Assembly (NCBI GenBank): GCA_046314355.1
Contig: JBKBWQ010000001.1
Span: forward strand, 320,001 to 384,000
Direction: 5' to 3'
Source of the DNA: Candidatus Altimarinota bacterium
GTDB lineage: Bacteria > Patescibacteriota > Gracilibacteria > 1-14-2-50-48-13
DNA length: 64,000 nucleotides
Below are positions 26,981-38,072 of the stretch, piece by piece (within the stretch, counting starts at the first letter, position 1; each line of letters starts with the position of its first letter). The notes beneath the pieces are model-generated. The model saw nothing but the letters and a program-made list of their open reading frames with translations. It had not been told where the DNA came from and did no database searches. The position numbers were made by a program, and so were the translations under genes.

Positions 26981-26997
26981 AGTGCAGATAATTTAAT

Positions 26998-28863
26998 TTA
27001 TAAATTCTTCTTCAGCCATCCGAAGAAATTTCCCATGTTGAATGGTATCTTCAGCATATCAGAGCTCGCAAGATGCCACAATGAAATAGTTTCAAACCGG
27101 TCCTGCGGGAATACAAGATTCTGCCAAAATACATCCTGATATTTCTTGTCTATGGCGTCATAGGTACTTGGCTGGAAGAGAAAAATAGCCGGGATTTCAT
27201 CAGTAAAGATCTTCGTAAGATCGGTAATGTGTTTGGAAATGTACTCCTCCGCTGCATCATCTAACAGCCCACTTGGCGGATTTCTCATTTCTTCGATGAG
27301 AATATCAGCATTCGAGTTCTTAAAATTCGAAAGGTTATATCCTCTTTTGTTAGCCTGACTTGAATGCCAGTATGAAAATATATCTTGGTCATATCCAAGT
27401 TCTTGTCCTAACAGGATGATATCGTAATCTCTATTCGTAATAATTGTAGGTATATCCTTTGTCTCTTTTACCTGAACATCGATATCAGCTCCGATGATTT
27501 CCCAATCCTTTTTAATAGTCTCAGCAATATCTCCTAAGTATTCAGGACTTCTTGCCACCACAAGCTTCAGCTTTAATGGAGCTCCTTTATCATTATAGCG
27601 AACGGATTTGAAGTTATTCACAAGATCCACAAGACGGGTACCTGAGAGGGTCAGATTCTCAAGTAATGCGCCCGTAGATGTATCCCTAACACCTACTAGG
27701 GCACCTGTACCAACTCTTTTTATAAGTACATCCTCACGCTCTCTCACACTCTCTTCACTAGGGAATTTCCAGCCTGCATCAAAGAGAGATCCTCTCGCTC
27801 TATCAAGACTATATTCATTCGTCCATGATGCTTCCTGCTGCTGTAGAAAAGGTGTGTTTACAGGATTGAGAAACTCATACTTCTGCATGATTTCATTTCG
27901 AGATACACTTACCTGAAGGGCAAGTCTGGTACGCCAGTTCTTTAGGGCATCTTTGTCCATATTGAGAAAGGCAGCAAAGTATCTTGGAGAATTAATTTCC
28001 ACTGTGTTAAAGCGGTCTGCTTTACGGATTTCCGATACTTCATCCTGAGGAATATCCTTGATACCTTCTAAAGCATCTTTTTGAGTCAAAAGTCTCTCAA
28101 AGTCAGGAAATACTTCTAGAGTTACTTTCTCAAGATAAGGTTTCACTCCATAATATTCTGCATTTCTTTCTAAACTAATAATTTGCGCATCTAAGCCATT
28201 TTGTACATGCAGCATACCATCTGAGGCAGCTTTATAAGGACCGCTTCCCACAGGACTGAAATTTACAGAGCTCTGAGCTATATTTTCAAGACTAACACTT
28301 GACCATATATGCTCCGGAAGGATACCTACAGTGGTCGCGGTAGGGAAGAAATAATATGCCTTTGGTAAAGTAAACTTTACAGTCATATCATCCACCTTAT
28401 CTACCTTTACATCAGCAAAACGCTTTTTGAGCGTCGCATTTGGAAATGCCGGATCAAGGATAAGTTTATACGTAAAGAGAACGTCATCTGCATTGATCTG
28501 CTCTCCGTCATGCCATTTGGCATTGGGATTAATAAAGAAGGTATATTCCTTTTTATTTTCAGATACTTGATATGTAGCCAAGTCTGGAACCATCTTCTGC
28601 TGCTTTGGGTCATATTTTGTAAGACCACTATAGAGCAATCTTACAATATCCTGATCTGCAGATCCATTTACAGCAAAAAGAGGATTAGGAGTACGTACGC
28701 TTCCCACTAAACCTTCCTTGTAGCTCCCTCCGACAGTAGGACTGTGAATACTATTATCCTTATGAAAAAGATAAATAAGATGTCCAGTAGTGAGAAGAAA
28801 GAGAGCAACGCAAAGCACGAGTATCCTCGTGCTTGTAAAAAAATCTCGATAAGAAGAACTCAT
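26998..28863 (-). CDS. ABC transporter substrate-binding protein (family 5, OppA/DppA-like)
   Basis: GGSYKEGLVG, LLYSGL, KWHDGEQINADDVLFT, PVGSGPY, YWHSSQ. Confidence 0.9.
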   Translation of the reverse strand: MSSSYRDFFTSTRILVLCVALFLLTTGHLIYLFHKDNSIHSPTVGGSYKEGLVGSVRTPNPLFAVNGSADQDIVRLLYSGLTKYDPKQQKMVPDLATYQVSENKKEYTFFINPNAKWHDGEQINADDVLFTYKLILDPAFPNATLKKRFADVKVDKVDDMTVKFTLPKAYYFFPTATTVGILPEHIWSSVSLENIAQSSVNFSPVGSGPYKAASDGMLHVQNGLDAQIISLERNAEYYGVKPYLEKVTLEVFPDFERLLTQKDALEGIKDIPQDEVSEIRKADRFNTVEINSPRYFAAFLNMDKDALKNWRTRLALQVSVSRNEIMQKYEFLNPVNTPFLQQQEASWTNEYSLDRARGSLFDAGWKFPSEESVREREDVLIKRVGTGALVGVRDTSTGALLENLTLSGTRLVDLVNNFKSVRYNDKGAPLKLKLVVARSPEYLGDIAETIKKDWEIIGADIDVQVKETKDIPTIITNRDYDIILLGQELGYDQDIFSYWHSSQANKRGYNLSNFKNSNADILIEEMRNPPSGLLDDAAEEYISKHITDLTKIFTDEIPAIFLFQPSTYDAIDKKYQDVFWQNLVFPQDRFETISLWHLASSDMLKIPFNMGNFFGWLKKNL

Positions 28864-29085
28864 TTATTGTGTGATAAATGCAAAGAGAAGAGAATTGACA
28901 ACAAGAAGTACTGCAAGAATAACCGTTGCAATAAAAAGAAATTTTTCAGCACCTCTTTTTGTGCTATATACATTTCCGTCACCTCCAAAGGTTTCAGAAA
29001 GACCTACACCTTTACTCTGCATAAGGATGGATACACAAAGCAGGAGTGAAATAACAATCTGCGCAACAACGAGTACAGTTTTCAT
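28864..29085 (-). CDS. secG: Preprotein translocase subunit SecG
   Basis: ILMQSKGVGLSETFGG, KRGAEKFL; two TMs. Confidence 0.93.
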   Translation of the reverse strand: MKTVLVVAQIVISLLLCVSILMQSKGVGLSETFGGDGNVYSTKRGAEKFLFIATVILAVLLVVNSLLFAFITQ

Positions 29086-29168
29086 GACTTTATGGAAATG
29101 ATAATGCTTAAAACACTTATTAGTTTAGAAATTTTTTGATGAAGTGCAAGGCTTTCGTCTTTTTGAGC

Positions 29169-31163
29169 CTATTTTTTTTGATCTATAGGAATCTGAACAT
29201 CGAAGATTTGATCTTTATGATCTTTCTCAAGAGAGAGAAGAAAGTGGCAATCTTTTCTATGCAGACGAATCTGATGTCTTTGATTTATATATGCCACTAG
29301 TTCCTGATTATTCGCGTGGGCATTTTTAGCATTACAGCATCCCGCATACCAGAAATGAATCCCACTGTGACCTCCTATCTCTACAGTATCATTTTGAGCA
29401 TTATGGTACACAGCGGTATCGTCTTCATTTATTTCATGTACAAAAGCATCAGGAAACATTTTTCTTATGACATTTAGTGTCTTGAGCTCTCCGCAGCCTA
29501 TTTTAAATAGAATATCCTCTTTTTCATGAAGCGTGTGTTCCTTGAGGTCTTTAAAGTATTTACTTAGTAGTTCAAGATTATCTTCTAGTCTAGGAAGATG
29601 GAGTTCTATAAGCTGCTGCTGCAGACGTTTTTTACCATCACGCACATATACATCCCGGTGAAGTGCATAAAGATAGTTCTTTATTTTTTTCCTGGCAAAT
29701 AATGTGTGTGCATAGAGAAGTGAAGTATTCGTAGGAAGATGATCTGCACGGGTAATGATCTCAACCACATCGCCTGTTTTAAGTGAATATGAAAGAGGTA
29801 CGATAGAGCCGTTCACCTTTGCACTTGCACAGTGTGCCCCTATCTCAGGATCAAGAGCATATGCAAAGTCCAAAGGAGTAGCCCCCTTAGGCAGACCTTT
29901 TATCTCTCCATTGGTAGCCACCACAAATACTCTTTCTATTAGCTGTCCTACCTCTTTAGATTCGTTTTCTAAAAATCTTCCCTTTGTTGCAAAGTCTTTA
30001 TTTAACTCCGCTAGTCTCTTTTGCCATTCTTCATAAGACTCATTCTTTCCATTGCCTCGCTCCTTGTATACTGAATGAGAGGCAATACCATATTCAGCAA
30101 TATCATCCATCCATTGAGTACGAATCTGTATTTCCACAGGTCGTAATGGATTTTTTGGATATAGACCAGTCACAGTAGTATGCAGACTTTGATACTGATT
30201 AGTCTTTGGAAGAGAAATATAATCTTTAATACGCTTTGCAATCGGGAAACAATGCTCATGTATGTATCCAAATATCCGGTAACAATCCTCCTTCGTTGGT
30301 ACAATAACTCTGAGAGCAAAAATATCATAGAGTTCACTTACATGCTCGAGATGCTTATCCTTCATCTTAAACGCAATGGAATAGATACTTTTTACTCTTC
30401 CATGCACAGTACCCTTCATACGGTGCTGCTTCAGAACATGCTGTATCTGCTGTTTACATACTTCTATGATATCTGCATTTTCTTTCAGCTCTGTTTCAAG
30501 TGTACTTTTTATTTTCTGATACATCTCTGGTTCGAGGATTTCAAAGGCAGCATCCTCGAGTCTAGTTTTTAATGCATAGACTCCAAGTCTTGCAGATATG
30601 GGACCATAAATTTCCAGGATTTCATTTGCAATTCTACGCTGTTTTTCAGGAGCAAGTTCAGATACTGTAGCCATTCCCTCAAGCCTTGTAGAGAGTTTCA
30701 CTAGGATAACTCGAATATCGTCAGCAAGAACCAATAGCATCTGCCTTAGATTTTCTACCTGATCTGGATGAGAGCTATTGAGGCGAACCTTAGATAGTTC
30801 AGTAAAATGACATACTAGTTTACAGACTACTTCGCCAAAACGCTCTTTAATTTCGTCCTGGGTAGCCAGGTCTCGTTCAAAGACTTCATGAAGAAGACAT
30901 AACTGTATCGTAGATATATCCGGATGCACGAGCATAAGGTTCTCAAGACTTCTTATGACATGCTGAAAAACAGGCTCGCCATTTTTTCTTTTATAAGGAA
31001 GATAAATCTCATAGGCAAATTCAAATGTCTTTTTAAGCTCTTCCCAAGCCTCTCTTTTCGTAAAATGAGAGAGATTTAAATACTTGACTACTTTATTAAA
31101 AGTAATTTCACATGTTTTTTCCCAAGGATGGTTCGTTTTCCTGCAGAATATGGAAAGATCCAA
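29169..31163 (-). CDS. relA: Long RelA/SpoT homolog with degenerate HD domain and no C-terminal ACT domain
   Basis: GRVKSIYSI, DIFALRVI, RIKDYIS, YQSLHT, EIQIRT, TGS (TPLDFAY), AGCC...HRKDC; HD site reads LLHEVFE. Confidence 0.88.
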   Translation of the reverse strand: MDLSIFCRKTNHPWEKTCEITFNKVVKYLNLSHFTKREAWEELKKTFEFAYEIYLPYKRKNGEPVFQHVIRSLENLMLVHPDISTIQLCLLHEVFERDLATQDEIKERFGEVVCKLVCHFTELSKVRLNSSHPDQVENLRQMLLVLADDIRVILVKLSTRLEGMATVSELAPEKQRRIANEILEIYGPISARLGVYALKTRLEDAAFEILEPEMYQKIKSTLETELKENADIIEVCKQQIQHVLKQHRMKGTVHGRVKSIYSIAFKMKDKHLEHVSELYDIFALRVIVPTKEDCYRIFGYIHEHCFPIAKRIKDYISLPKTNQYQSLHTTVTGLYPKNPLRPVEIQIRTQWMDDIAEYGIASHSVYKERGNGKNESYEEWQKRLAELNKDFATKGRFLENESKEVGQLIERVFVVATNGEIKGLPKGATPLDFAYALDPEIGAHCASAKVNGSIVPLSYSLKTGDVVEIITRADHLPTNTSLLYAHTLFARKKIKNYLYALHRDVYVRDGKKRLQQQLIELHLPRLEDNLELLSKYFKDLKEHTLHEKEDILFKIGCGELKTLNVIRKMFPDAFVHEINEDDTAVYHNAQNDTVEIGGHSGIHFWYAGCCNAKNAHANNQELVAYINQRHQIRLHRKDCHFLLSLEKDHKDQIFDVQIPIDQKK

Positions 31164-31313
31164 AGAGGTGGCGAAATGATATAAAACAAATTACGCTTCG
31201 GAAATTCTACTCTTCTTTCTGAATGATTACAACTTTTTTCGCTTAAGCTTCACTTTTTCTGTAAAATTCATATAATTTGGCTATTATAAACTTTTTATAG
31301 AGAAGTCCGGCAT

Positions 31314-32483
31314 ATGAGAGTTGCGTTATTTCATGACTTTTTAGTACGAATGGGTGGAGCTGAAAAAGTGCTTCATACTTTCAGCGAGCTTTTTCCAGAT
31401 AGCCCTATCTATACTTTTTTTTACGATAAAGAAAAAGTAGAAAGAGAGTATCCAGGCTTATCAGCACGTATTATACCGCATCCAGGAGCACAGCGAATGT
31501 ACAATATAATAAAGCACATCCCCATAGTAAAAAAATACAGTACAAAGATTTTTATACGCTCCTTTCCAAAATACATCGAAGAGATAAATGTAAATGCCTA
31601 TGAGCTCGTAATAGCGAGCTCTACTGCATGGGCACATGGACTCATCACCGGTTCCAATACATCTTTTGTATGCTATATGCATTCTCCGATGAGATTTGTA
31701 TGGGACTGGTTCAACGAATACAAAAAATCATTAGGTGCAGTAAAGAATAAATCTTTTAGAAATATTATCCTTACACATGTACTCTCTTCAGTCCGTATGT
31801 GGGATCAAGTAGCGCTCAAAAAAGAATCGTTGATACTTACCAATGCAAAAACTGTTCAAAAGCGTGTCGAGAAGTATTATCACCGTTTTGATTCTCATGT
31901 ACTGTACCCTCCTGTAGAAGTGGAGCTCATCCAAGCACCAAAAAGCAGTGATATTGATCATGAGGATTACTTTCTGATCGTTTCAAATCTCGTAGAATTC
32001 AAAAGAATTGATATTGCGATAGAACTGTTTAATAAAACTGGAAAAAAACTAGTAATACTTGGTGATGGACCTCATAGAGATCAGCTTGAGAGTAGAGCAG
32101 CAAAAAATATTGAATTCCTTGGATACAAAAATGATGAGGTAAAATTTGAATACCTGAAAAACGCCCGTGCACTTATCTTATCTACAGAAGAGGATTTTGG
32201 TATTGTTCCCATCGAAGCACACGCAGCTGGAAAGCCTGTATTAGCACTAGCAAAAGGCGGAGCACGGGAGTATATAATACCAGGGGTGAACGGAGAGTTT
32301 TTCTACGAACAGACACTTGAGAGCATGGAGAAGGGACTTGCACATCTTCTTATGAATGAAGATAAATACAATGCACTTACCATCAGAAGTCATGCAGAGA
32401 AATTTTCTACTCAAAACTTTATAAAAAACTTCAAACATATTCTCAAAACAGAACTTGGTATTGAAATAACTCAGAATAAGTAA
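31314..32483 (+). CDS. Glycosyltransferase family 4
   Basis: MGGAEKVL, HSPMRF, EEDFGIVPIEA, GKPV. Confidence 0.92.
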   Translation: MRVALFHDFLVRMGGAEKVLHTFSELFPDSPIYTFFYDKEKVEREYPGLSARIIPHPGAQRMYNIIKHIPIVKKYSTKIFIRSFPKYIEEINVNAYELVIASSTAWAHGLITGSNTSFVCYMHSPMRFVWDWFNEYKKSLGAVKNKSFRNIILTHVLSSVRMWDQVALKKESLILTNAKTVQKRVEKYYHRFDSHVLYPPVEVELIQAPKSSDIDHEDYFLIVSNLVEFKRIDIAIELFNKTGKKLVILGDGPHRDQLESRAAKNIEFLGYKNDEVKFEYLKNARALILSTEEDFGIVPIEAHAAGKPVLALAKGGAREYIIPGVNGEFFYEQTLESMEKGLAHLLMNEDKYNALTIRSHAEKFSTQNFIKNFKHILKTELGIEITQNK

Positions 32484-32486
32484 TCT

Positions 32487-35102
32487 ATGTCTTCGGAAAA
32501 GCTCACTCCAGCCATGAGTCAGTACTATGAAATAAAGGAACAGTATAAGGACTGTGTCCTTTTCTTCCGCATGGGAGATTTTTATGAAATGTTTGATGAA
32601 GATGCGACTACTGCAGGTAGAGTGCTCGGCATTACGGTAACATCCAGAAATAAGAATGCATTGAACCCTACACCCCTTGCAGGCATACCGTATCATGCCT
32701 CTGATAAATATTTAGCTGAGCTTACAAAAAGAGGCTATAAAGTAGCGATCGCAGAACAAGTTTCAGACGCTAAGCTGCCAGGTATCATTCGGCGAAAGGT
32801 AGTACGCGTAGTGACTCCAGGAACAACCCTTCAAGACGAAGTGCTCAATAAAGGTAATCCAAATTACCTTCTCGCTGTAGTTGAAGACAGTAATAGGTTT
32901 ACTATCGCTCTTTGCGACCTCTCAACGGGTGAAGCAAATGTACGGTCAGTGGATGGTCTTGAGAATACGCGTTCAGAACTCTTTCGTCTTCAGCCAAAGG
33001 AGTTGCTTCTTTCAAAACATCTATTTTCTTCAGAGGAGATAGCGCAAATATTGACAGACTTGAATACGGCAAACTATTACTTCTATGCAGTACAGAATGA
33101 TCCCTATGAAGTACTAAAAATCCAGTACGGCGAGCACAGTATTGAGAGCATGGGTATAGAAAAAAATATACAAGCAGCAGAAGCCTGCGCAATGGTCCTT
33201 TCCTACCTCGTAGATACACAAAAAACTTCTCTGAATCACCTCAGACCTTTCAGAGTCATACAGAATACTGAATGCATGAATTTAGATGAAGGCACCATCA
33301 GAAATCTAGAACTACTTTTTACTCAAAGAGAGGGGAAACTTGAAGGAAGTCTGCTGCATCTTCTCAATAAAACCCACACAGGTGCGGGATCCCGGCTCCT
33401 GCGTTCATGGCTTTTAAACCCGCTGCTCTCAAAAGAAAAGATAGTAAACAGACTTCAGCTGGTAGACGAACTCTATAGTAGTACTTCGCTCAGAGAAGAC
33501 ATTAGGACCCACTTGAAGAACATGTATGACATAGAACGCATCCTTGCGAAATTAAGTCTGCAAAGAGCACATGCACGGGATATGGTTGCATTGAAGAATT
33601 CAATCTATGAAATCCAGGAGATACTTTCCCTCTTAGATCTCAACAAGGATAAAAAAATCTCACAAATTTTCAAAGAATGTAACAAAGAAGTACTGCATGA
33701 ACTCTATACGCTTATCGAAAAGGGTATCATAGCTGAGCCTCCGCTGACTCTTCAGGAAGGCGGCATAATACGCGAAGGGTATAGACAGGAGATCGATGAA
33801 TTGAGATCTCTCAAAAACAATGCTACTCAGTGGATCCTTGACTACCAGACACAGGAACAGCAGAAAACAGGTATAGCAACTCTCCGCATCAAATTTACAA
33901 ACGTATTTGGGTATTTTATCGAACTCTCAAAAAGCCAGTCTTCAAAAGCTCCAGAATACTATGTAAGAAGGCAGACAACAGTAAATGGCGAACGATATAC
34001 AACAGAGGAGCTCAAAGTCTATGAAGACAAAATACTACATGCAGATGATGCTCTTTCACAAATGGAATATGAATGTTTTCAGGAAATTCGGGAAAAAATA
34101 TTACAGTCATTATCTGACTTGCAGCAGTACTCAGAGATTATTGCATATCTTGATGTGTTGAGTTCCTTTGCAGAATTGTCTTATACTTATAGATATGTAT
34201 GTCCTCAGTTTGTAGAGAATAGAGATTTTACTATCATAAAAGGACGTCATCCAGTCATAGAAGCTTTAGAGATAAAAGATGGACGAGCTTTTATACCAAA
34301 TAATACCTGCTTTAAAGAAGGCAAGGAAGAGACACTGCTGATCACAGGACCAAATATGGCAGGAAAATCCACGTATCTGAGACAAAATGCTCTCATAGCA
34401 CTTATGGCACAGATTGGATGTTTTGTACCTGCAGAATCCGCTGAGCTTTCTCTAGTGGATAAAATATTTACCCGTGTAGGTGCATCCGATAATGTGAGTA
34501 AAGGTCAGTCTACATTCATGGTAGAGATGCAGGAGACAGCATATATTTTAAATAATGCTACAAAAGAGAGTCTTATCATACTTGATGAGGTGGGAAGAGG
34601 TACTTCAACTTATGATGGTCTTAGTCTTGCATGGGCAATCTTAGAGTATATACATGATACAGTAGGTGCAAAAACTCTTTTTGCTACACATTATCATGAG
34701 CTTATCGATGTGGTAGAAAAGTTAAAGAAAGCAAAGAACTATTCAGTGGCAGTACAGGAAACAAGTACGGGAGTAGTTTTCCTAAGGAAGATAGTACATG
34801 GAGGTGCTCCTGAGAGCTATGGTATTGAAGTGGCAAAACTTGCAGGTCTGCCGAAAAGTATTATTTCAAAGGCTTCTGCATTTTTAAGAGAGCTGGAGAC
34901 TTCAGGTCAAGATACAAAAAAGAAAAAGGGAAATGATAGAAATCAGCTTTCTTTCTTTCTCGAATCTGCTCCTCCCGCGACTCACGTAGTGGAAGTACAG
35001 AAAGCACATCCTCTTATAGAAGAATGGAAAAATCTGGACATTAATACTATGAGTCCTATGGATGCACTTCACTGGCTTTCAGAGAAGCAGAAAGATCTCT
35101 AG
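32487..35102 (+). CDS. mutS: DNA mismatch repair protein MutS
   Basis: FRMGDFYEMF, TGPNMAGKSTYLRQ, STFMVEM, DEVGRGTS, FATHY. Confidence 0.98.
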   Translation: MSSEKLTPAMSQYYEIKEQYKDCVLFFRMGDFYEMFDEDATTAGRVLGITVTSRNKNALNPTPLAGIPYHASDKYLAELTKRGYKVAIAEQVSDAKLPGIIRRKVVRVVTPGTTLQDEVLNKGNPNYLLAVVEDSNRFTIALCDLSTGEANVRSVDGLENTRSELFRLQPKELLLSKHLFSSEEIAQILTDLNTANYYFYAVQNDPYEVLKIQYGEHSIESMGIEKNIQAAEACAMVLSYLVDTQKTSLNHLRPFRVIQNTECMNLDEGTIRNLELLFTQREGKLEGSLLHLLNKTHTGAGSRLLRSWLLNPLLSKEKIVNRLQLVDELYSSTSLREDIRTHLKNMYDIERILAKLSLQRAHARDMVALKNSIYEIQEILSLLDLNKDKKISQIFKECNKEVLHELYTLIEKGIIAEPPLTLQEGGIIREGYRQEIDELRSLKNNATQWILDYQTQEQQKTGIATLRIKFTNVFGYFIELSKSQSSKAPEYYVRRQTTVNGERYTTEELKVYEDKILHADDALSQMEYECFQEIREKILQSLSDLQQYSEIIAYLDVLSSFAELSYTYRYVCPQFVENRDFTIIKGRHPVIEALEIKDGRAFIPNNTCFKEGKEETLLITGPNMAGKSTYLRQNALIALMAQIGCFVPAESAELSLVDKIFTRVGASDNVSKGQSTFMVEMQETAYILNNATKESLIILDEVGRGTSTYDGLSLAWAILEYIHDTVGAKTLFATHYHELIDVVEKLKKAKNYSVAVQETSTGVVFLRKIVHGGAPESYGIEVAKLAGLPKSIISKASAFLRELETSGQDTKKKKGNDRNQLSFFLESAPPATHVVEVQKAHPLIEEWKNLDINTMSPMDALHWLSEKQKDL

Positions 35103-35117
35103 TATTCAAAAGACTGC

Positions 35118-36725
35118 TTATTTTGCTGCTGCACGAATAAAAGCATTGAAGAGGGGATGACCTGTGCATGGACGAGAGGTAAATTCAGGATGAAATTGTA
35201 CTCCAACCATAAAAGGGTGGTCTTTGCGTTCTACTATTTCCACGATCCCTTCATCCAGATATCTTCCTGAAAAAATAATACCGTTTTGTTCCAGAATATC
35301 CTGAAAAGCATTATTGAATTCATATCTATGTCTATGTCTTTCAAGAATAGACTCTTTTCCGTACGCTTCATGGGCTTTTGTCCCTGGAGTAAGATGACAG
35401 ATATATACACCTTTTCTCATAGTTCCTCCCTTTTGTTCCACACTCTTCTGGCTTTCCATAATATCTACGATCGCATAAGGAGTTTTTGCATTAAATTCTG
35501 TAGAGTTTGCATCTTTCATTCCTGCAAGATTCCTAGCAGTTTCAATAGACAGGATCTGGGACCCGAGACATAGCCCGAGGTAGGGAAGCTGATGTTCTCT
35601 TGCCCAAGTACAAGCTTGTATCTTTCCCTCAATACCCCGGCTGCCAAAGCCTCCGGGTACAATAATACCATCTACCATCTCGAACTTTGCCCACTCATCC
35701 TGATCATTTTCTTCTAGTTTTTCACTATTGATCGGTACAAGTACAGGTTTACGGTTATTCATGTAGGATGCAGATTTGATTGCTTCATGCACACTTAAAT
35801 ACGCATCATCTAGATTATGGTACTTTGTCACGATTCCTATTCTAATCGGTTCTAGATCTGGATTCTTTATTTTCTCAATAAGCTGCTCAAACTCCTCAAG
35901 ATTTGGTGATGTTGAAGTATTTAGTCCAAGCTTTCGCTCTAAAATACTATGAAGGGAACTTTCTGCGAATTTTAGCGGAACTTCGTAGATGCTCTCTACT
36001 GTATAAGCAGGAATAACTGCATCTCTTTCCACATTGCAGAATAACGCTATCTTTTGAAAATGCTCTTCCTGGATGGGATAATCAGAGCGGAGAAGCATCA
36101 TATCAGGGAATATACCTGAGGATTGAAGCTCTCTCACTGCCAGCTGTGTCGGCTTTGTTTTGAGCTCCTTTGAAGATGCAAGGTACGGCAAAAGCGTCAG
36201 CATGACAAATAATGCTTGGTTTTTACCAACTTCTCTTTGTATCTGTCTTATTGCCTCTAGACAAGGCTGTCCTTCAATATCCCCAACCGTCCCTCCAATC
36301 TCTACGATGACAATATCTGCCTGAGACTCCTCAGCTGCCTTATATATTTTAGATTTTATAGCTCCTGTTATATGTGGAATGATTTGTATGGTTTTTCCTA
36401 GATATTCTCCCTTCCTTTCATTTTCAAGTACCTCAGAATAAATACGCCCCATCGTGACAGTGGAGTATTTTGAAAGAGGCTGATTGATGAATCTTTCGTA
36501 GTGTCCGAGATCAAGATCAGTCTCTGCAGCATCATCAGTCACAAAAACTTCTCCATGCTGCTCAGGGTTCATGGTACCTGGATCCACGTTCAAATATGGA
36601 TCAACTTTCATAAGAAATACTGAATGCCCAGAACGCTTTAGAAGAGCTCCCATCGAAGCCGCAGCGATACCTTTACCTAAAGATGAACAAACTCCTCCTA
36701 CCACGAAAATGAACTTTGAGGACAT
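35118..36725 (-). CDS. pyrG: CTP synthase
   Basis: SSLGKG, DPYLNVDPGTM, GLCLG, ERHRHRYE, QFHPE. Confidence 0.98.
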   Translation of the reverse strand: MSSKFIFVVGGVCSSLGKGIAAASMGALLKRSGHSVFLMKVDPYLNVDPGTMNPEQHGEVFVTDDAAETDLDLGHYERFINQPLSKYSTVTMGRIYSEVLENERKGEYLGKTIQIIPHITGAIKSKIYKAAEESQADIVIVEIGGTVGDIEGQPCLEAIRQIQREVGKNQALFVMLTLLPYLASSKELKTKPTQLAVRELQSSGIFPDMMLLRSDYPIQEEHFQKIALFCNVERDAVIPAYTVESIYEVPLKFAESSLHSILERKLGLNTSTSPNLEEFEQLIEKIKNPDLEPIRIGIVTKYHNLDDAYLSVHEAIKSASYMNNRKPVLVPINSEKLEENDQDEWAKFEMVDGIIVPGGFGSRGIEGKIQACTWAREHQLPYLGLCLGSQILSIETARNLAGMKDANSTEFNAKTPYAIVDIMESQKSVEQKGGTMRKGVYICHLTPGTKAHEAYGKESILERHRHRYEFNNAFQDILEQNGIIFSGRYLDEGIVEIVERKDHPFMVGVQFHPEFTSRPCTGHPLFNAFIRAAAK

Positions 36726-36907
36726 GATGGATATGCGTAAAAAAATCTTCTTGAAGACTAGCGTTTTTTAAAAAAAAGTGAAGATCTTTCCAAAAATATT
36801 ATGTGCCGAAATCCAGATAAAATAATATAAGATACAAGTCAAACATACTTCACCGACAGAATAATACCCCTATGTTATACTGTATATGGTGATTTTTATT
36901 CAAATGC

Positions 36908-37987
36908 ATGTCCACTCCTCTACACAAAAGATGGCTTTCCCGGTTTTTAAAAAAATATAATACCGGTGGTTATTTTCATGAAGGAGATGTAACTCTCAAT
37001 CCTAATAAGGATTTTTATGAATTCCCTAAGACAAAGAAGGAAAGAATTACGGACCTAAAAACACTCATGGACAAATACGAAGTCTATATACCATATATTG
37101 ATCTTGGAAGGGAAAACCGTTTTCGGACTATAGATCATCCATTTGAATTAAGAGATAGTGTTAGAAAAGAACTTTCCCAAATTTTAAGAATGAATGAAAC
37201 AAAAAAGGTAAAAATAAAAGCACCTAGAGAAGGTTCAGGTATTGCACAATTCTTTAAGGAGTCCTTTGCATTCGGTACAACAACCATTGCAATCTTTATG
37301 GTACTCTTGCTTGCAACCAATGTACAAGCCTACAGTCAGGTAGCTACATACTGGTGGGATACCGTCTCAGGTGAAAATGAACATGTGACGCAGAATCTTG
37401 AGAAACTTGCCAAGGTAGATGAAAACGCAAAAGAAACAAAGAATCTGCCTCTTTCTCTCGATGCAACTCATGCAAGTGCAGACAATAAGACGGGTTCAGG
37501 AAGCGGACAAATACTTGATGTCACTATCCCTGTATATCCTCCGGATAACCGTATCGTTATACCAAAGATAGGACAAAATATTCCTATCCAGGAAATAGCT
37601 CCAGATAATCTCATCAGGGAGGATTGGCAGGCGCTTGAGGACGATATCCAGAAAGGCTTACAGAAAGGTGTTGTACACTATCCGGGAACAGCAGTCCCTG
37701 GTCAGATTGGAAATGTATTTATCACAGGTCACAGCTCCTATTATGTCTGGGCACCTGGAGAATATAAGGATACATTTGCACTTTTGCATAATCTTGAGAT
37801 CGGAGATACGATAATTATTTATTATAATGAAAATAAATATACCTACGTCATCGAAGAAAGAAAGGTAGTAAAACCAAACCAGGTAGATGTCTTAAAACAG
37901 AGTGATGACCGTCGTCTTACCTTAATGACATGTACACCAATAGGTACAGCATTAAACAGATTGATACTCGTTGCAAAGCAGATTTAA
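36908..37987 (+). CDS. Sortase with long N-terminal cytoplasmic extension
   Basis: TM after about residue 120; GVVHYPGT, ITGHSS, LTLMTCTP, NRL. Confidence 0.88.
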   Translation: MSTPLHKRWLSRFLKKYNTGGYFHEGDVTLNPNKDFYEFPKTKKERITDLKTLMDKYEVYIPYIDLGRENRFRTIDHPFELRDSVRKELSQILRMNETKKVKIKAPREGSGIAQFFKESFAFGTTTIAIFMVLLLATNVQAYSQVATYWWDTVSGENEHVTQNLEKLAKVDENAKETKNLPLSLDATHASADNKTGSGSGQILDVTIPVYPPDNRIVIPKIGQNIPIQEIAPDNLIREDWQALEDDIQKGLQKGVVHYPGTAVPGQIGNVFITGHSSYYVWAPGEYKDTFALLHNLEIGDTIIIYYNENKYTYVIEERKVVKPNQVDVLKQSDDRRLTLMTCTPIGTALNRLILVAKQI

Positions 37988-38000
37988 GCTTTGCCCGCTT

Positions 38001-38055
38001 CCTTATACCTTATCCTCACCTTATAGGATAAGGATAATGATGAGGATAAGAATTA
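38001..38055. repeat. Hexamer-based inverted repeat between convergent genes (likely terminator/REP-like)
   Basis: CTTATCCTCA...TGAGGATAAG arms built from CTTATC/AGGATA units. Confidence 0.5.
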
Positions 38056-38072
38056 GGGGCATGGACATGCCG

